Shown here in pieces: positions 38,977 to 49,386 of a stretch of 64,000 nt of DNA. Source of the DNA: an uncultured Verrucomicrobiae bacterium (GTDB lineage Bacteria; Verrucomicrobiota; Verrucomicrobiia; Opitutales; JABDGR01). Each line of letters starts with the position of its first letter. Position 1 is the first letter of the stretch. The position numbers were made by a program, and so were the translations under genes. The notes beneath the pieces are model-generated. The model worked only from the letters and a program-made list of their open reading frames with translations, was not told the DNA's origin and did no database searches. The stretch is from positions 800,001 through 864,000 of the forward strand of contig CAVXVB010000009.1 in the NCBI GenBank assembly GCA_963765205.1. The letters run 5' to 3'.

Positions 38977-39525
38977 ATGGCCAAAGTCCTCGAACGCAAA
39001 CCCCTGACCTTTTGGGAGCGCACCTACCTGCCGCAAATCCTCGGCGGGCTGCGCATCACTTTCTTCAATATGTTTCGGCGCAAGGAAACGCTCGAATACC
39101 CCGAGCAGCGCCCGCAGCTTCCGCGCGGCTACCGCGGCGCGCCCACGCTCGTCAAAGACCCCAACGGCCGCGAAAAATGCGTCTCTTGCCAGCTTTGTGA
39201 ATTCGTCTGCCCGCCCAAGGCCATCCGCATCATCCCTGGCTCCATTCCCTTCGACGCCCCCACCGCGCACGTCGAGAAGGCGCCGAAGGAATTCGACATC
39301 AACATGCTCCGCTGCATTTACTGCGGCTTGTGCGAGGAAGTCTGCCCCGAGGAGGCCATCTGGTTGCAGGATATTTATTCCCTGACCGGCACCAGCCGCG
39401 GCCAGCTCGTCCATAACAAGGCCAAGCTCTACGAACTCGGCGGCACGCGGCCCGACACCCATTACAAGTGGGACAAAAAACTCGCCGCTGAAAAAGAGCA
39501 GGCCGCCGGCGGCGCGCATCATTGA
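38977..39525 (+). CDS. nuoI: NADH-quinone oxidoreductase subunit I
   Basis: CVSCQLCEFVCP and CIYCGLCEEVCP. Confidence 0.96.
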   Translation: MAKVLERKPLTFWERTYLPQILGGLRITFFNMFRRKETLEYPEQRPQLPRGYRGAPTLVKDPNGREKCVSCQLCEFVCPPKAIRIIPGSIPFDAPTAHVEKAPKEFDINMLRCIYCGLCEEVCPEEAIWLQDIYSLTGTSRGQLVHNKAKLYELGGTRPDTHYKWDKKLAAEKEQAAGGAHH

Positions 39526-39610
39526 ACCAGCGCCGCCTTTTTGCTCGATTAACCCCCGCGCTCCACGCTTAATCAAACCTTTTGCCCGTATTCCGCCACC
39601 CTTCCGCGCC

Positions 39611-40186
39611 ATGCTGCCCGCCTTTCTCTTTTACTTCTTCTCCGCGCTGACGATCCTCGCCGCGCTGCTCGTGGTGCTCAACCGCGAGGCCGTGAACAGC
39701 GCCATGTGCATGATTGTCGCGCTCTCCGGGGTGGCGGCGCTCTTTGTGCTGCTGCAGGCCTACTTTCTGGCGGTGCTGCAAATCGTGGTTTACGCCGGCG
39801 CAGTCATGGTGCTCTTCCTCTTTATCATCATGCTGCTCGACACCTCCGCTCGCCGCATTCATGTGACGGAGATGAACCTTGTGGCGGCCATCGCCGCGCT
39901 GATGGTGCTGGCCGGCGGGGCCATCTGGCTGGCGCACCAATTTCCCGCCGTGGGCGTTTTGCCCGACGTTCAGCCCATGCCCACGGATCAGGCTCCGATG
40001 GCCTACGCCACCACCGCCAAGGCGTTTGGCTACGGACTCTTCACCCGCTACATGCTCCCGTTCCAAGTCGCGGGCTTCCTGCTCCTCATCGCCATGGTCG
40101 GCGTCATTGTGTTGAGCAAGCGCCCGTCGGACGCCAAGGGCGACCCGGTCAAGGAACCGGCGCAGGAATCGGAAACCAATCCCTAA
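39611..40186 (+). CDS. nuoJ: NADH-quinone oxidoreductase subunit J
   Basis: [19 protein letters not shown]; operon position. Confidence 0.95.
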   Translation: MLPAFLFYFFSALTILAALLVVLNREAVNSAMCMIVALSGVAALFVLLQAYFLAVLQIVVYAGAVMVLFLFIIMLLDTSARRIHVTEMNLVAAIAALMVLAGGAIWLAHQFPAVGVLPDVQPMPTDQAPMAYATTAKAFGYGLFTRYMLPFQVAGFLLLIAMVGVIVLSKRPSDAKGDPVKEPAQESETNP

Positions 40187-40193
40187 TTTCGCC

Positions 40194-40499
40194 ATGCAAC
40201 CCGGACTCCAAGCCTACCTGACCGTCGCCGGCATTCTATTTGCCATCGGCTTTTTCGGCGTGCTTCTGCGCAAGAACACGCTCGTCATCTACATGTGCCT
40301 GGAATTGATGCTCACGGCCGCAACCTTGGCGCTGGTCGCCTTCTCCCGCTTTTACGGCACGATGGACGGCGCGCTCTTTGTCTTCTTTATCATCACGGTC
40401 GCTGCGGCGGAAGTCGCCGTCGGCCTGGCCATCATCGTCGCGCTCTACCGCCGCCGCCGCACGGTGCAGGTGGACGAATTGAATTACCTCAAGCACTGA
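40194..40499 (+). CDS. nuoK: NADH-quinone oxidoreductase subunit K
   Basis: [18 protein letters not shown]. Confidence 0.96.
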   Translation: MQPGLQAYLTVAGILFAIGFFGVLLRKNTLVIYMCLELMLTAATLALVAFSRFYGTMDGALFVFFIITVAAAEVAVGLAIIVALYRRRRTVQVDELNYLKH

Positions 40500-40509
40500 T
40501 TTTTTCCGC

Positions 40510-42387
40510 ATGGATTTGCCCAAGATATTGACCGTCATTCTGCTGCTGCCGCTCGGCTCGGCGGCGCTGATTGTGTTGTTCCTGCGCCGGCGCGGGAACC
40601 TAGCCGCCGCTCTGTCGGTGGGCGTCGGCTTCGCCATCATGGCGCTGTCGCTGTATGCCGTGCTCTCGTGGGACGGGCAAACCCTGGAAGTGTCACGCGA
40701 ATGGCTGCGCTTCGGCAATTACGCCTTTTCGATGGGTTTTTATTTCAACAACCAGACGGCGCTGATGCTGTTGGTGGTCTCGTTTGTCGCGAGCTGGATC
40801 CAGCTTTTCAGCGTCGGGTATATGGCGGACGACGAGGGCAAGGGCCGGTTTTTCGGCGGCCTGTCCATCTTCATGTTCTCGATGCTCGGCATCGTGGTCG
40901 CGGATAATTTGGTGATGCTGTTCGTGTTTTGGGAACTGGTCGGCTTCAGTTCTTACCTGCTCATCGCGCATTATTTTAAGACGGATTTCGCCAACATGGC
41001 CTCGAAAAAGGCCTTTATCGTCAACCGCGTCGGCGACTTCGGCTTCATCCTCGGCATTGTATGGTGCTGGGATCATTACGGCACAGTCAATTTGGCTGAG
41101 TTGGGGAAAATCGCCGCCGCCAATCCGGGCCTGTTGGGCACGACCGCCGCGGTCGGCATCGGCTTCCTGCTCATGTGCGGCTTCGTCGGCAAGAGCGCGC
41201 AATTCCCCTTGCAAGTCTGGCTGACCGATGCGATGGCCGGCCCCACGCCCGTCTCCGCGTTGATCCACGCCGCGACCATGGTGGCCGCGGGCATCTATTT
41301 TCTGGCGCGGGTCTTTTTCCTGCTCGCGCCCGCCACGCTCCACTGGATCGCCTGGAGCGGCGCGGCGATGACGGCCTTTGCCGGCCTGTGCGCGCTTGGG
41401 CAGACGGACATAAAGAAAATCCTCGCCTATTCCACGCTCTCGCACCTTGGCTATATGGCTTGCGCGGTCGGCCTCGGTTATCCGGAAATCGCCATGTTCC
41501 ACCTGGCGATGCACGCCTGCTTCAAGGCGACGCTCTTCCTCGGCGCCGGCTCTGTCATTGCCGGCTGCCACCACGAACAGGACATTTACAAGATGGGCGG
41601 CCTGTTCAAGAAAATGCCGATTACCGGCCTGACCTTCCTGCTCGCCATCCTGGCCAACTGCGCGATTCCTTTCTTTTCCGGCGGGTATTCGAAGGATTCC
41701 ATCATCTCCGCCGCGTTTTTGGCCGGGCATGACCAAGGCGTGATTTATTACGGTGTTTACGCCTTGGTGCTGGTCGGCGCGCTTTGCACGGCCCTGTATT
41801 CGGCCCGCCTCTTCTCCGTCGTATTCCTCGGCTCACCGCGCAGTGAGGACGCCGAGCACGCGCACGAAACCGGTCCCGCGATGACGGTGCCGCTGGTCGT
41901 GCTGGGTTTTCTTTCCCTGGCCGCCGGCTGGAAGGGCCTGCTTCCCGCGCGGAGCGCCGTAGTTTTTCTCGATGCTGTTGCCAAAATAAATGAGCGCGTG
42001 GAAAGTGTAGGCGCGGGCCACGCGCTGGAAGTCATCAACGTTGCCGTCATCCTCGCTGGCCTGGCGGCTTCCTATCTTTTTTATCGCAGCGTCAAGGATC
42101 GTGACGCGCTCGCGGCCAAGGCCCCCGGCGCGTTTCACGTCCTCGAACGCCATGGTTGGTTCGACGATGTTTACGATTGGTATGTCGCGCAAGTCCAGCA
42201 ACGCGTCTGCGATATTCTTGGCGCGCTCGACTTGCTCGTTTTCAAATTTACCCTGGGTTGGGGTTCGGGCGGCTTCGCCGGGTTGGCTGGTTCGCTGCTG
42301 CGCCGCGCCCAAGTTGGCAGCATCCATGCCTACGTTTACTGGTTCCTCGCCGGCGTGATTCTTTTCTGGGCCTTCGCGATTCACTAA
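40510..42387 (+). CDS. nuoL: NADH-quinone oxidoreductase subunit L
   Basis: NRVGDFG, GKSAQFPL..WL.DAMAGPTPVSALIHAATMV. Confidence 0.97.
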   Translation: MDLPKILTVILLLPLGSAALIVLFLRRRGNLAAALSVGVGFAIMALSLYAVLSWDGQTLEVSREWLRFGNYAFSMGFYFNNQTALMLLVVSFVASWIQLFSVGYMADDEGKGRFFGGLSIFMFSMLGIVVADNLVMLFVFWELVGFSSYLLIAHYFKTDFANMASKKAFIVNRVGDFGFILGIVWCWDHYGTVNLAELGKIAAANPGLLGTTAAVGIGFLLMCGFVGKSAQFPLQVWLTDAMAGPTPVSALIHAATMVAAGIYFLARVFFLLAPATLHWIAWSGAAMTAFAGLCALGQTDIKKILAYSTLSHLGYMACAVGLGYPEIAMFHLAMHACFKATLFLGAGSVIAGCHHEQDIYKMGGLFKKMPITGLTFLLAILANCAIPFFSGGYSKDSIISAAFLAGHDQGVIYYGVYALVLVGALCTALYSARLFSVVFLGSPRSEDAEHAHETGPAMTVPLVVLGFLSLAAGWKGLLPARSAVVFLDAVAKINERVESVGAGHALEVINVAVILAGLAASYLFYRSVKDRDALAAKAPGAFHVLERHGWFDDVYDWYVAQVQQRVCDILGALDLLVFKFTLGWGSGGFAGLAGSLLRRAQVGSIHAYVYWFLAGVILFWAFAIH

Positions 42388-42421
42388 ACCGCGCCGCGCC
42401 ACCTACCTTTTTATTTTATCC

Positions 42422-44047
42422 ATGACCAGCGACGCGCTCATCCTGCCCCTGGCGATTGCCGTGCCCTTTGCGGCCGGGCTGCTGCTGCTGGTCAAAGGCA
42501 GGCAACTGGCACCGTGGCTGGCGCGCGCGGTGGCGTGGGTCGGCTTTGTGACCCCCGCGCTCACCGGCCTGTGCGTCTGGTATATATTTATCCTGCGCCC
42601 CGGCGAAATACCGATCATCTCGCACCCCGGCCCCGGCTTCCACAACTCGCCGGACTTTCTTTTCAATTCCGATCTGGACCTCGGCCTCGGCTTCATCGGC
42701 TTCACGCTCAAGCTGGGCTTGAATGGCCTTTCGATGCCGATGTTTGTGCTGGCGGGTCTGGTGGGCCTCGCCGCGGGCATCCACGCGCTTTATAATCAAA
42801 GCGACCGACCCTGCGCCTATTGGGGGTTGCTGCTTTTCATTGTCTCGGGCGCGGTCGGCGTGTTTGCGTCGGTCAATTTGTACTATTTTTATTTCTTCCA
42901 TGAATTTGCGCTGATTCCCACGTTCATCCTCATTGGTTGGTGGGGTGGGCCGGGCGGGCGCTCCGCTGCGCTGGAAATGACGATTTACCTCACCCTTGGC
43001 GCGATGCTCTCGCTGCTTGGGCTGTTGGCGCTCTACATGCACAGCGGCGCGCACAGCTTCGACTTGGTCAGCCTGCGAGCGTGGAGCCTGACGGCGGGTG
43101 CGGACGCCGGCTCCGGCCACAAAATTTTCGCGCTGCTGCTGTTTGGGTTTGGGATTTTGGTGTCGCTTTGGCCGTTCCACTCCTGGGCGCCCTCCGGCTA
43201 TGCCGCCGCGCCCGCGCCGGCGGCGATGCTGCACGCCGGCGTGCTGAAAAAATTCGGGCTATACGGCCTCCTGCAAATCGCCGTGCCGCTGCTGCCGGGC
43301 GGCATGGCGGACTGGGGCCACACGCTGGCGTGGCTGGCGCTTGGCAACGTCGTGATCATCGGCGCAGTCACGCTCGCGCAGCGCGACTTGAAGATGATGC
43401 TCGGCTACAGCTCGGTGATGCACATGGGCTATATATTCCTCGGTATCGCCTGCGTGAGCGCGCTCGGCGCGGGCGGTGCGGTGCTGCTGATGTTTGCGCA
43501 CGGCCTGTCCGTCGCCGCGTTGTTTCTGCTGTCAGACGCGGTGTATCGCCGCACGCACACCTACGACTTCGGCGCGATGGGCGGCCTGGCGCAGAAGGCG
43601 CCCGTGCTGGCGGGTTTCTTTGTGGCCGCGACCATGGCGGGCATCGGCCTGCCAGGCTTTGCAAATTTTTGGGGCGAATTCAGCGTGTTTGTCGCGCTGT
43701 GGAAATACTCCCACTGGATGACGGCAGCGGCGGCCTTGGGCGTTGTCATCTCGGCTGTCTACGGTCTGCGCGCCGTGTCCCGCGTTTTTTACGGCGAGCC
43801 TTCGCCCGCGTTTCAGCCGTTGTTTGACGCGCCGGTGGCCGATATTCGGTCGAGCGAACGCTGGCCGGCGGTGATTTTGCTCGGCGTGCTCATGCTGGTC
43901 GGTTTCTGGCCGGCTTCGATCAGCCGCGGCATCAATGAAGCCCTGCCTGCCGTTTACCAAAACACGAGTCCCTTGGGCGGCTATGCCGACAAAGGCAGCC
44001 CCAATCCGGCAGTCGTGCCGTCGTCCGCGCCGCCCAGCCACCTGTGA
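42422..44047 (+). CDS. nuoM: NADH-quinone oxidoreductase subunit M
   Basis: WPFHSWAP, YSSVMHMG, IGLPGFANFWGE. Confidence 0.95.
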   Translation: MTSDALILPLAIAVPFAAGLLLLVKGRQLAPWLARAVAWVGFVTPALTGLCVWYIFILRPGEIPIISHPGPGFHNSPDFLFNSDLDLGLGFIGFTLKLGLNGLSMPMFVLAGLVGLAAGIHALYNQSDRPCAYWGLLLFIVSGAVGVFASVNLYYFYFFHEFALIPTFILIGWWGGPGGRSAALEMTIYLTLGAMLSLLGLLALYMHSGAHSFDLVSLRAWSLTAGADAGSGHKIFALLLFGFGILVSLWPFHSWAPSGYAAAPAPAAMLHAGVLKKFGLYGLLQIAVPLLPGGMADWGHTLAWLALGNVVIIGAVTLAQRDLKMMLGYSSVMHMGYIFLGIACVSALGAGGAVLLMFAHGLSVAALFLLSDAVYRRTHTYDFGAMGGLAQKAPVLAGFFVAATMAGIGLPGFANFWGEFSVFVALWKYSHWMTAAAALGVVISAVYGLRAVSRVFYGEPSPAFQPLFDAPVADIRSSERWPAVILLGVLMLVGFWPASISRGINEALPAVYQNTSPLGGYADKGSPNPAVVPSSAPPSHL

Positions 44048-44066
44048 CCCTGCCCGTTTCCCCGCG

Positions 44067-45623
44067 ATGAATCCCGCCATTTATCAAAGCATTACCGACA
44101 CGAACCAGTGGCTGATGCTCTGGCCCGAGATTATGCTCGGGCTGCTCGCCTTGCTGTTGCTGGCGCTGGATTTGGTGCTGAAGAAGGACAAGAACGTGAT
44201 CGTGCCCCGCGTCGCGGCGCTCGGCCAGATTGTCATCCTCATCGCCCTGCTCGGCCAGATTGGCTACGAGAGCGCGGAGCCGTCCATGGAAAAAATGGTG
44301 GATTGGCCGTTCTTCGGCGGCTTGATCACGCTGACGCCAATGGGCCAAGCCGGCCGCGTATTCATCCTGCTCACATCGCTTTCGGTCAGTTATCTGGCGC
44401 AAATTTATTTCAAAAAGCAGACGCTGCCGCGCATCGAGTTTTACCACATCATGCTGGTGGTCGCCGCCGCGATGATGCTGCTCGTGCAAAGCAGCCAGTT
44501 CGTGCTCTTCTTCGTCGCGCTGGAGACCGTGACGGTCGGCTTCTATGTCTTGGTCGCTTATGGCCGCAACAGCGCCCTTTCGTTGGAGGCCGGCTTAAAA
44601 TACCTGATTCTCGGCGCGCTCAGTTCGGCCATCCTGCTGTTTGGCATTGTGCTCCTCTACGGTGTGGCCGCCGCGCCCGGCGCGCATTCCTCCGCCCGGC
44701 CCCTGGCCGACGCGATGAATTTCCTCGAACTGGGCCGCGCCATCGCGCGCCACGCCGGCAATCCGCTGGCGGCGACCGGCGTGGCGCTGGTGTTGTGCGG
44801 GGTGGCCTTCAAAATCGGCGTGGTGCCCTTTCAGATCTGGGTGCCCGATGTTTATCAGGGCGCGCCGACGCCGACCACGGCCTATTTGGCGGTTGGCTCG
44901 AAGGCGGCGGGCTTTTTTGTCCTGCTCAACCTCGTCACCGGCCCCTTTGCCTCGCCGTGGCTGGCTCACGATGTCCTGGTGCCGCTGCTCTCAACCATTG
45001 CGGTGCTCTCGATTTTGTATGGCAATCTCGCAGCCCTCGGCCAACGCAATGTCAAGCGGGTGATAGGCCTGTCCGGCATCGCGCACGCGGGCTATATGCT
45101 CGTCGGCGTGGTAGCGGCGGCGCAAGGAGTATCCTGGGCGGCGGGGGCGGTGCTGTTTTATCTTTTCACCTACCTGCTCGGTTCGATGGCGGTTTTCGGC
45201 GTCATGGCCCACGTGGCCGGCCCGCGCGACGAAACGCAGGAACTTGGTGACTACGCCGAACTCGGCCAGCGCCAGCCCTTCCTTGGCGGGGTGCTCGCAA
45301 TTGGACTAGGCTCACTCGCGGGCATTCCACCGCTGGCGGGTTTTATCGGCAAGCTCCTGCTCTTCTACGCCGCGTTCCAGGCCCATCTGTATATGCTGCT
45401 CGCCGTCTCGATCATCGGTGTGGTCATCTCAATTTATTATTATTTTGGCTGGATGCGCGAGGCGCTCTTCCGCCAGTCCAGCGTGCCTGGTCTCGTCGGC
45501 TCGGAAGCCGCCGCCCCACCCTTGGCGCCCACGCAGTGGGGCCGCCTCGCTCTGGGCCTGCTTGCTGCCGCCACGCTGCTGGCGGGCCTCTATCAAGGAT
45601 TTTTCCCCGATTCGTTGAAATGA
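44067..45623 (+). CDS. nuoN: NADH-quinone oxidoreductase subunit N
   Basis: EAGLKYLILG, FKIGVVPFQIWVPDVYQGAP, SLAGIPPLAGFIGK. Confidence 0.96.
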   Translation: MNPAIYQSITDTNQWLMLWPEIMLGLLALLLLALDLVLKKDKNVIVPRVAALGQIVILIALLGQIGYESAEPSMEKMVDWPFFGGLITLTPMGQAGRVFILLTSLSVSYLAQIYFKKQTLPRIEFYHIMLVVAAAMMLLVQSSQFVLFFVALETVTVGFYVLVAYGRNSALSLEAGLKYLILGALSSAILLFGIVLLYGVAAAPGAHSSARPLADAMNFLELGRAIARHAGNPLAATGVALVLCGVAFKIGVVPFQIWVPDVYQGAPTPTTAYLAVGSKAAGFFVLLNLVTGPFASPWLAHDVLVPLLSTIAVLSILYGNLAALGQRNVKRVIGLSGIAHAGYMLVGVVAAAQGVSWAAGAVLFYLFTYLLGSMAVFGVMAHVAGPRDETQELGDYAELGQRQPFLGGVLAIGLGSLAGIPPLAGFIGKLLLFYAAFQAHLYMLLAVSIIGVVISIYYYFGWMREALFRQSSVPGLVGSEAAAPPLAPTQWGRLALGLLAAATLLAGLYQGFFPDSLK

Positions 45624-45706
45624 AGCCCACGGCGTTTATTTTTTCTTAACGCATTTACCCGGACATTTCATTATCCGTTGTCTCCTCCTTCAGGCATAAT
45701 CGTAAC

Positions 45707-46789
45707 ATGAACGCGTGCACTCCGCGACCGCTCGAGGACATTGCCTCCTGCCGCAACCTCGCTGAAAAGCATGACCGGGTGGACCTGTCCACCGGGGTGG
45801 AGTTGCAACCCGGGCACATCCTCGACGGCCGCTTTGTCATCGGCGAACCCATCAGCCAGGGAGGCATGGCCACCATCTATCTGGCTGAAGACAAGCAAAA
45901 CGACTGGTGCAAAGTCGCCATCAAGGTCCCCTTCCTGCGCTTTGAACGCGACCCCGCCTACGTCGCCCGCTTCCTGCGCGAGGAGCAAATCGGCCTGAAA
46001 TTAAGCCATCCCTCGCTGCTCAAATTTATCCCCGTTGAAGGCGACAAAAGCCGGCTTTACCTCGTCACCGAATACCTGGCCGGCAGCACGCTCTCGCGCC
46101 TGCTCCACAAGCACGGCCCGCTCCCGGAAGCCGACGCGCTGAAAATCGCCAGCCTGCTCTGCGACGCACTGCGCCATCTGCACGACTGCGGTTACATCCA
46201 CCGCGACCTCAAGCCTGATAATATCATGTTGTGTTGCGACCATACCATTCGCATCATGGATTTCGGCCTGGCTTCCCCCATCGCGGGCCGCCTCGACTTT
46301 TTGGCCGACAAAACCCCCGTCTTTGGCACGCCCCAATACATGGCCCCCGAACAAGTCAAACGCTCCCGCAGTGATGTGCGCACCGACATCTACAGCATCG
46401 GTGTCATCCTCTACGAAATGCTCACCGGCCAATTGCCCTTTACGCATCAAGACCCGTGGGTTATGGCGCAATCGCGCGTCGCCGGCGACCCCGCCGCGCC
46501 GCGCCAAATCAACCCCGCCATCTCCCCGGCGGCCGAGGAAATCGTCCTCCACGCCATGCAACGCAAGCCCGCCGCGCGGTATGCGACCATCACCGCCTTC
46601 CAGGCGGAACTCGACGCCCCGGAAAAAGTCCACGTCACCGGCTATTGCACGCGCCTGCGCCCGCCGCGCTTCGTGCTCAGTTATGAGCAGGCCCAAATCT
46701 ATTCCGGCATCGCCATGAGCATCGTGATCGCCATCCTGCTCATTGGCGGTTTTTTCGTCGCGCTGCATTTTACCGGCAAGCATCATTAA
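45707..46789 (+). CDS. Hanks-type Ser/Thr protein kinase with a C-terminal TM helix
   Basis: GGMATIY, VAIK, HRDLKPDN, DFG, GTPQYMAPE. Confidence 0.95.
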   Translation: MNACTPRPLEDIASCRNLAEKHDRVDLSTGVELQPGHILDGRFVIGEPISQGGMATIYLAEDKQNDWCKVAIKVPFLRFERDPAYVARFLREEQIGLKLSHPSLLKFIPVEGDKSRLYLVTEYLAGSTLSRLLHKHGPLPEADALKIASLLCDALRHLHDCGYIHRDLKPDNIMLCCDHTIRIMDFGLASPIAGRLDFLADKTPVFGTPQYMAPEQVKRSRSDVRTDIYSIGVILYEMLTGQLPFTHQDPWVMAQSRVAGDPAAPRQINPAISPAAEEIVLHAMQRKPAARYATITAFQAELDAPEKVHVTGYCTRLRPPRFVLSYEQAQIYSGIAMSIVIAILLIGGFFVALHFTGKHH

Positions 46790-46816
46790 GCGACGCTACA
46801 TTAGAGAATAAAGGGG

Positions 46817-46898
46817 TGCTCGGGAAGGGACTTGAACCCTTACACCTTGCGGCATACGCACCTCAAGCGTACGTGTCTGCCAATTCCACCACCCGAGC
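46817..46898 (-). tRNA. tRNA-Leu(GAG), CCA not encoded
   Basis: Reverse complement GCTCGGGTGGTGGAATTGGCAGACACGTACGCTTGAGGTGCGTA...GGTTCAAGTCCCTTCCCGAGCA. Confidence 0.96.
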
Positions 46899-46953
46899 AA
46901 AATCAGAATGGTTACGCTAACAAACGCCCGGCCGATTGCAATAGCAAAGCGAT

Positions 46954-47979
46954 TTATTTCCGCCTCCCCGCCAGTAGCTGAAACTTCCCCCCGAGGTGCG
47001 CGGGGTGGAGCAATTCCATCAGGGTTTGGCGTGCAGGGGAAAACGCCTCGGCGTTTTCTGCGAGGAGTTTTTCGATTTCCGCCGCCGCGTGCCGCATGAA
47101 AAACGCCTCCTGCCGCTCGACCCGCACATCGGCAAAGCCGTTCTTCTGCAGCACGCGTTCGAGCCGGTCCCAGCAGACGTGGCAGGTGAGGTCCTGTTCG
47201 CCGGGCCGGGCCAGCAATGCATCCGAAATTTCATGTCTGTAATACGCCCGCGCCGTGCCGACGGGTCGTTCATTAATGAGTTCTGCCCAATCGTGCCCGT
47301 AATCGGCAAGGATGATAGCGCCCCGCGAGGGAGCAGCAGTGAGTTCGCGCAAAAGCTCTTCGGCATCGAGGGATATGTCCAGATGGTATTCCTCCGGCGC
47401 AACAGTGGGCAAGGACGGCACCAAGGATTGCGCCGCGGGGGACATGCCCTCCAACTCGACCTCGGCTAAATCTTCGCCGTCCACGCGCACACCCAACTCC
47501 CGCCATACGCCGCGCCGGAACACGAATCGGTGAAACGGTTGGGCGTCGAGCCACTCATTCGCAAAAATGACGCTGCGCGCCGGCGGCCTCAGTTCGTCTC
47601 CCAGCCGTCGGGTGATAATTTGGGTGAAGGGCTCGGCGTCCCGGCCAAACACACCTGCGCCCGGCTCCGCGCCAACTTCAAGCAGTGCATAATCTTTCGG
47701 CGCCTCCGGCTCGATCAGCTTCGCTGCGGCGGCCCGCAACAGCCGGCCAAAAATCCCGCCCCGCAGGCTGGTCGCCGTGTAGAAATCCGTCCCCGCGCCG
47801 CGGCCCACGCGCACGCGCTCCGCGTGCTGGTAGTAGCCCAGGCCCGGCGCGTAGAGCGCCTCGGCCACGAAATCGCGATAGCTTAAGACGCCGTTTGGCC
47901 CCGCCATCAGGCGCAGGCGCGCACGCATGGCCGGCTTGGGCGGGGTGGGGGAACGCGCTTGCGCGGCGGCGGGCTTCAT
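46954..47979 (-). CDS. SAM-dependent methyltransferase, MidA/NDUFAF7 family
   Basis: ALYAPGLGYY, DFYTA, LEVGAEPG, ANEWLDAQP, DYG, PGEQDLTCHV. Confidence 0.88.
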   Translation of the reverse strand: MKPAAAQARSPTPPKPAMRARLRLMAGPNGVLSYRDFVAEALYAPGLGYYQHAERVRVGRGAGTDFYTATSLRGGIFGRLLRAAAAKLIEPEAPKDYALLEVGAEPGAGVFGRDAEPFTQIITRRLGDELRPPARSVIFANEWLDAQPFHRFVFRRGVWRELGVRVDGEDLAEVELEGMSPAAQSLVPSLPTVAPEEYHLDISLDAEELLRELTAAPSRGAIILADYGHDWAELINERPVGTARAYYRHEISDALLARPGEQDLTCHVCWDRLERVLQKNGFADVRVERQEAFFMRHAAAEIEKLLAENAEAFSPARQTLMELLHPAHLGGKFQLLAGRRK

Positions 47980-48004
47980 GTTGCAATGTCGGCTTCCCCC
48001 CACC

Positions 48005-49378
48005 GTGCCGCGTTCGCCCAATCTATTCAAGCGCGTCTTCCTGCCCGTCCTCGGTTTATTTCTGTTGACGGCGTTCCTCGTGCGCATGGCGTTTGACCGC
48101 GACTTCGACACGGCGCTGCTGGCCGGCGGGCGCGAAGTGCGCGGGCTGTTCGACCCGCAATTCTGGCAGCAATGGTGGCGGGTCGGGCGCGTCATGGAAG
48201 TGGCCCACCAGAATTACCTCCACGACAACAAGGTCACGTATGACAAACTGGCCGACTCGGCCCTCAACCATGTGCTCGACGGCCTCGATCGTTACACGGA
48301 TTACCTTTCGCCGGAGAGTTACCAGGAATTCGAGCGCGAGAGCAAACAGCACCCGGTGGGGATAGGCGTGGATATCGAGCGACGCAACGGCACCATCCAG
48401 ATCGTCCGCATTTATCGCGGCAGCCCCGCCGCGGAAAAGGGCTGGCAGCCCAACGACCGCATTCTGGCCATTGACGGCACCGATGTGCGCGACTTCACCG
48501 TGGCGGGCGTCGCGGATTTGTTGCACGGCCCGGAAAATTCGAAAGTGGTCGTCCGGCGCGAACGCCCGGGCGAATTCACCCAGGAGGAAACGCTCACACG
48601 CGGGGGTTTCGATGTGCCGAGCATTCGCGACAGCGAAGTGCGCCCGGACGGGGTCGGTTACCTGCGCGTCACCCAATTTGGCGACAACACGGGCGGCGAA
48701 TTCGCGGACACTCTGAGTGGCATGATGGGGCCGGAAACGCTGCGCGGGCTGATCATTGATTTGCGCGACAACACGGGCGGCTTGCTCGAAGCGGATGTCG
48801 AGGTCAAGATGCTGCAGACGTTGTTGCCGGACAACTCCAGCATCGTCACCACGAAAGACCGGGACGGCCACGTGGTGCAGAGTTTGAAGACGCCGCTGCC
48901 GGCGGCGCCGCCGTCGGTGGACGGCTCCCCGCTGGACCAGCCGGAGGACGTGCATTACGCCGGCCCCGTCGTCGTGCTCGTCAACGAAAACACCGCGAGC
49001 GCCGCGGAAATTGTCGCGGGAGCCTTGCAGGACCACCACCGCGCCGTCCTCGTTGGCCAGCGCACCTATGGCAAAAGCGTCGTGCAAAGCATCATTACGC
49101 TCAGCGACGGTGGCGCACTCCACCTGACCACCGAAGACTATTTCCTCCCCAGCGGCCACTCCATCCCGCTGGACGGCATTGCACCCGACGTGTTCGTCCC
49201 CCAAACAAGTGACGAGCATGAATCGCTACGCATCCAGAACTCCGACCTGCGCCCCGATTTGCACCGTTTCACGAATGCGACCTTTGTTGCCGCCTTCGGC
49301 TACGCACCCGTGCCCGACCCGGAAATTGAAACCGCCGCCAGCCTGATCCGCGCCGTCACCCCGAATTTCGCCAAATAA
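48005..49378 (+). CDS. C-terminal processing peptidase (S41 family, PDZ)
   Basis: IIDLRDNTGG, TASAAEIVAGALQD, GQRTYGK. Confidence 0.93.
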   Translation: MPRSPNLFKRVFLPVLGLFLLTAFLVRMAFDRDFDTALLAGGREVRGLFDPQFWQQWWRVGRVMEVAHQNYLHDNKVTYDKLADSALNHVLDGLDRYTDYLSPESYQEFERESKQHPVGIGVDIERRNGTIQIVRIYRGSPAAEKGWQPNDRILAIDGTDVRDFTVAGVADLLHGPENSKVVVRRERPGEFTQEETLTRGGFDVPSIRDSEVRPDGVGYLRVTQFGDNTGGEFADTLSGMMGPETLRGLIIDLRDNTGGLLEADVEVKMLQTLLPDNSSIVTTKDRDGHVVQSLKTPLPAAPPSVDGSPLDQPEDVHYAGPVVVLVNENTASAAEIVAGALQDHHRAVLVGQRTYGKSVVQSIITLSDGGALHLTTEDYFLPSGHSIPLDGIAPDVFVPQTSDEHESLRIQNSDLRPDLHRFTNATFVAAFGYAPVPDPEIETAASLIRAVTPNFAK

Positions 49379-49386
49379 ATTGCCGC

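Noticed and set aside
31728..46786. Long antisense and alternative-frame ORFs over nuo and the kinase (also over glyA and tsaD)
   Set aside because: Shadow ORFs expected in high-GC coding DNA; the recognised genes explain the sequence
46817..46898. tRNA-Leu as a second integration site
   Set aside because: No duplicated 3' fragment or integrase was seen nearby
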